NCBI GenBank assembly: GCA_033762295.1
Contig: JANRLW010000038.1
Span: 15,810-79,809, forward strand
Source of the DNA: Capsulimonadales bacterium
GTDB taxonomy: Bacteria; Armatimonadota; Armatimonadia; Armatimonadales; Armatimonadaceae
Reading direction: 5' to 3'
Length of the DNA stretch: 64,000 bases
Translations under genes and position numbers: made by a program
Shown here: in pieces, positions 62,524 to 64,000 of the stretch
Layout of the letters: each line of letters begins with the position of its first letter
Numbering within the stretch: position 1 is the first letter of the stretch
The notes under the pieces: generated by a model
What the model saw: the letters and a program-made list of their open reading frames with translations, nothing else
Databases searched by the model: none
What the model was told of the DNA's origin: nothing

Positions 62524-63625
62524 GGACGGGCAACTCCTGGCGTGCGGAAACGGAAAGATAACGACCGGCGGCGCGGGCCACCTCCTCCACGGAGATCGCC
62601 TTCAGGCACTCCCGAAAGGTCGGGTTCGAGCAACGCGTACTGTGGCAGGGCCGGCAGGGGATCGGCGCGGTAAGAACGGTCCCTCCGCGCTCCCGTGGGG
62701 CGAGCGGCGCGAGAAGGTCCGGGTCCGTCGGGCCGAACAGAGAAACATACGGCGTCCCGAGGGCCGCTGCGATATGCAGACTGCTTGTATCACCCGAGAC
62801 GACCACCGAAGCGCGCCGCAGCAGGGCGACGTACTGGCGCAGGGTCGTTCCCGCCGCGATCCGGATCGGCGTGTTGGCTCGTGCCGCGATCTTCCGCGCC
62901 GCCGGTTCGTCCTTCGGGTGAAGCGTCATCACAAACTGCGCCGGAAAGCGCGACGCCAGCGTATCGGCGAGTTCGGCGAAACGCTCCGGCTCCCAGCACT
63001 TGTTCTCGGCGGTGGTAAAAGGGGCCAGAATGACCACCGGTTCGTCGGAACCGATGCCCTGCCGCTGCTGAAAGCGCGTCAGGAAATCCGCCTCGTCGGA
63101 CGTCTCCCCGATGGTCAGACGCAGGTCGCCGTCCGGACATCCCAGCGCCTGTGTCGCCAGGAGGTACTGCCGTGTGGCGTGAATCGCCGGAACCGGGGTG
63201 GCGATGGGATCGGTGTAGAAACGCGCCGACCAGGGGAGGGTCGGCGAGGGATACGGAGCGATCCGCCGGGGAGCCGGGCAGAGAAAGACGGTCCACCACT
63301 TATCGGGGTGGCAGTTGATCACGGCATCCGGGCGGTACCGGGCGACCATCCGGCGCAGACGGACGGACTCCGCCAGCCAGCCGGGGAGGTTTCCTTTGCG
63401 GAGCGATCGCCGCCAGCGTCCCGAGTGAATGATCTCCAGATCATCGATTCCGGGATGGCCCCGCAGAATCTCCCCGTGCGACTCATCCACCACCCAGGTA
63501 ATCCGAATCTCGGGAAAACGTTCACGCAGCGCCGCCAGCATCGGGGTCGCGATCAGCACATCGCCAAGGGCCCACATCTTGACGATGACGACGCGCGACA
63601 GCGGGCGATGGTCCTCCCGCCTCAT
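62513..63625 (-). CDS. GT9 glycosyltransferase (heptosyltransferase-like)
   Basis: ALGDVL; GDTSSLHIAAALG; LFGPT. Confidence 0.9.
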   Translation of the reverse strand: MRREDHRPLSRVVIVKMWALGDVLIATPMLAALRERFPEIRITWVVDESHGEILRGHPGIDDLEIIHSGRWRRSLRKGNLPGWLAESVRLRRMVARYRPDAVINCHPDKWWTVFLCPAPRRIAPYPSPTLPWSARFYTDPIATPVPAIHATRQYLLATQALGCPDGDLRLTIGETSDEADFLTRFQQRQGIGSDEPVVILAPFTTAENKCWEPERFAELADTLASRFPAQFVMTLHPKDEPAARKIAARANTPIRIAAGTTLRQYVALLRRASVVVSGDTSSLHIAAALGTPYVSLFGPTDPDLLAPLAPRERGGTVLTAPIPCRPCHSTRCSNPTFRECLKAISVEEVARAAGRYLSVSARQELPVHVG

Positions 63626-64000
63626 TTCCGCCGCCCCCCCAAGGGCGCTAACGCCTCCCAGTAGACGTTCTCTATACGATCCACCATACGTCCCAGCGTA
63701 AATAACCTCTCACAGCGTTCTCTTCCCGCCGCTCCCAGTCGTATTCCCAGCGCCCGATCGTCTCGCAACCGGGTCAACGCTTCCGCCAGAGCCGACGGAT
63801 CGCCGGGGGGCACCAGAAACCCGGTCTCCCCCTCGACGATCATCTCCGGGGTGCCGCCGATATCGGTGCCGATCACCGGCTTGCCCAGCGCCATCGCCTG
63901 CTGGATCACCGCCGCGCACGGTTCCGCCCACGTCGACGCCAGCACATGCACGTCCAGAGCGTTCATCGCGTTGTTCACGTCCGCCCGGAAACCCGCGAAA
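63622..64000 (-). CDS. GT4 glycosyltransferase, 5'-partial
   Basis: EP...QAMALGKPVIGT..GG.PE; frame runs off the window edge. Confidence 0.85.
   Translation of the reverse strand, partial: FAGFRADVNNAMNALDVHVLASTWAEPCAAVIQQAMALGKPVIGTDIGGTPEMIVEGETGFLVPPGDPSALAEALTRLRDDRALGIRLGAAGRERCERLFTLGRMVDRIENVYWEALAPLGGRRK

Overview
High-GC bacterial chromosomal segment. The gene content points to Armatimonadota (inference): DUF1559/H-X9-DG prepilin-like genes, a UBact-proteasome operon, a PEP-CTERM protein and Kdo/LPS genes. It holds about 55 protein-coding genes. I saw no rRNA, tRNA, CRISPR array, transposase or integrase. Housekeeping genes include ligA, gap, trmFO, prmA, kdsA, kdsB, phoD and a family-4 UDG. 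Points worth following up: (1) four prepilin-like genes, each paired with a tiny membrane or lipoprotein gene, two sharing an 18-bp promoter motif and one lying in a LacI-TPR-CRTAC1 locus; (2) an orphan ParB CTPase with a 9-Cys C-terminal extension; (3) convergent paralogous lipoproteins with a shared stalk and different tips, plus a decayed linker after one stop codon; (4) a PEP-CTERM protein with thioester-domain motifs; (5) an atypical LDH/MDH coupled to an IlvH-like ACT protein; (6) the dop-ubact-prcB-prcA operon; (7) several apparently leaderless genes. All calls come from motif recognition by eye; no searches were run.
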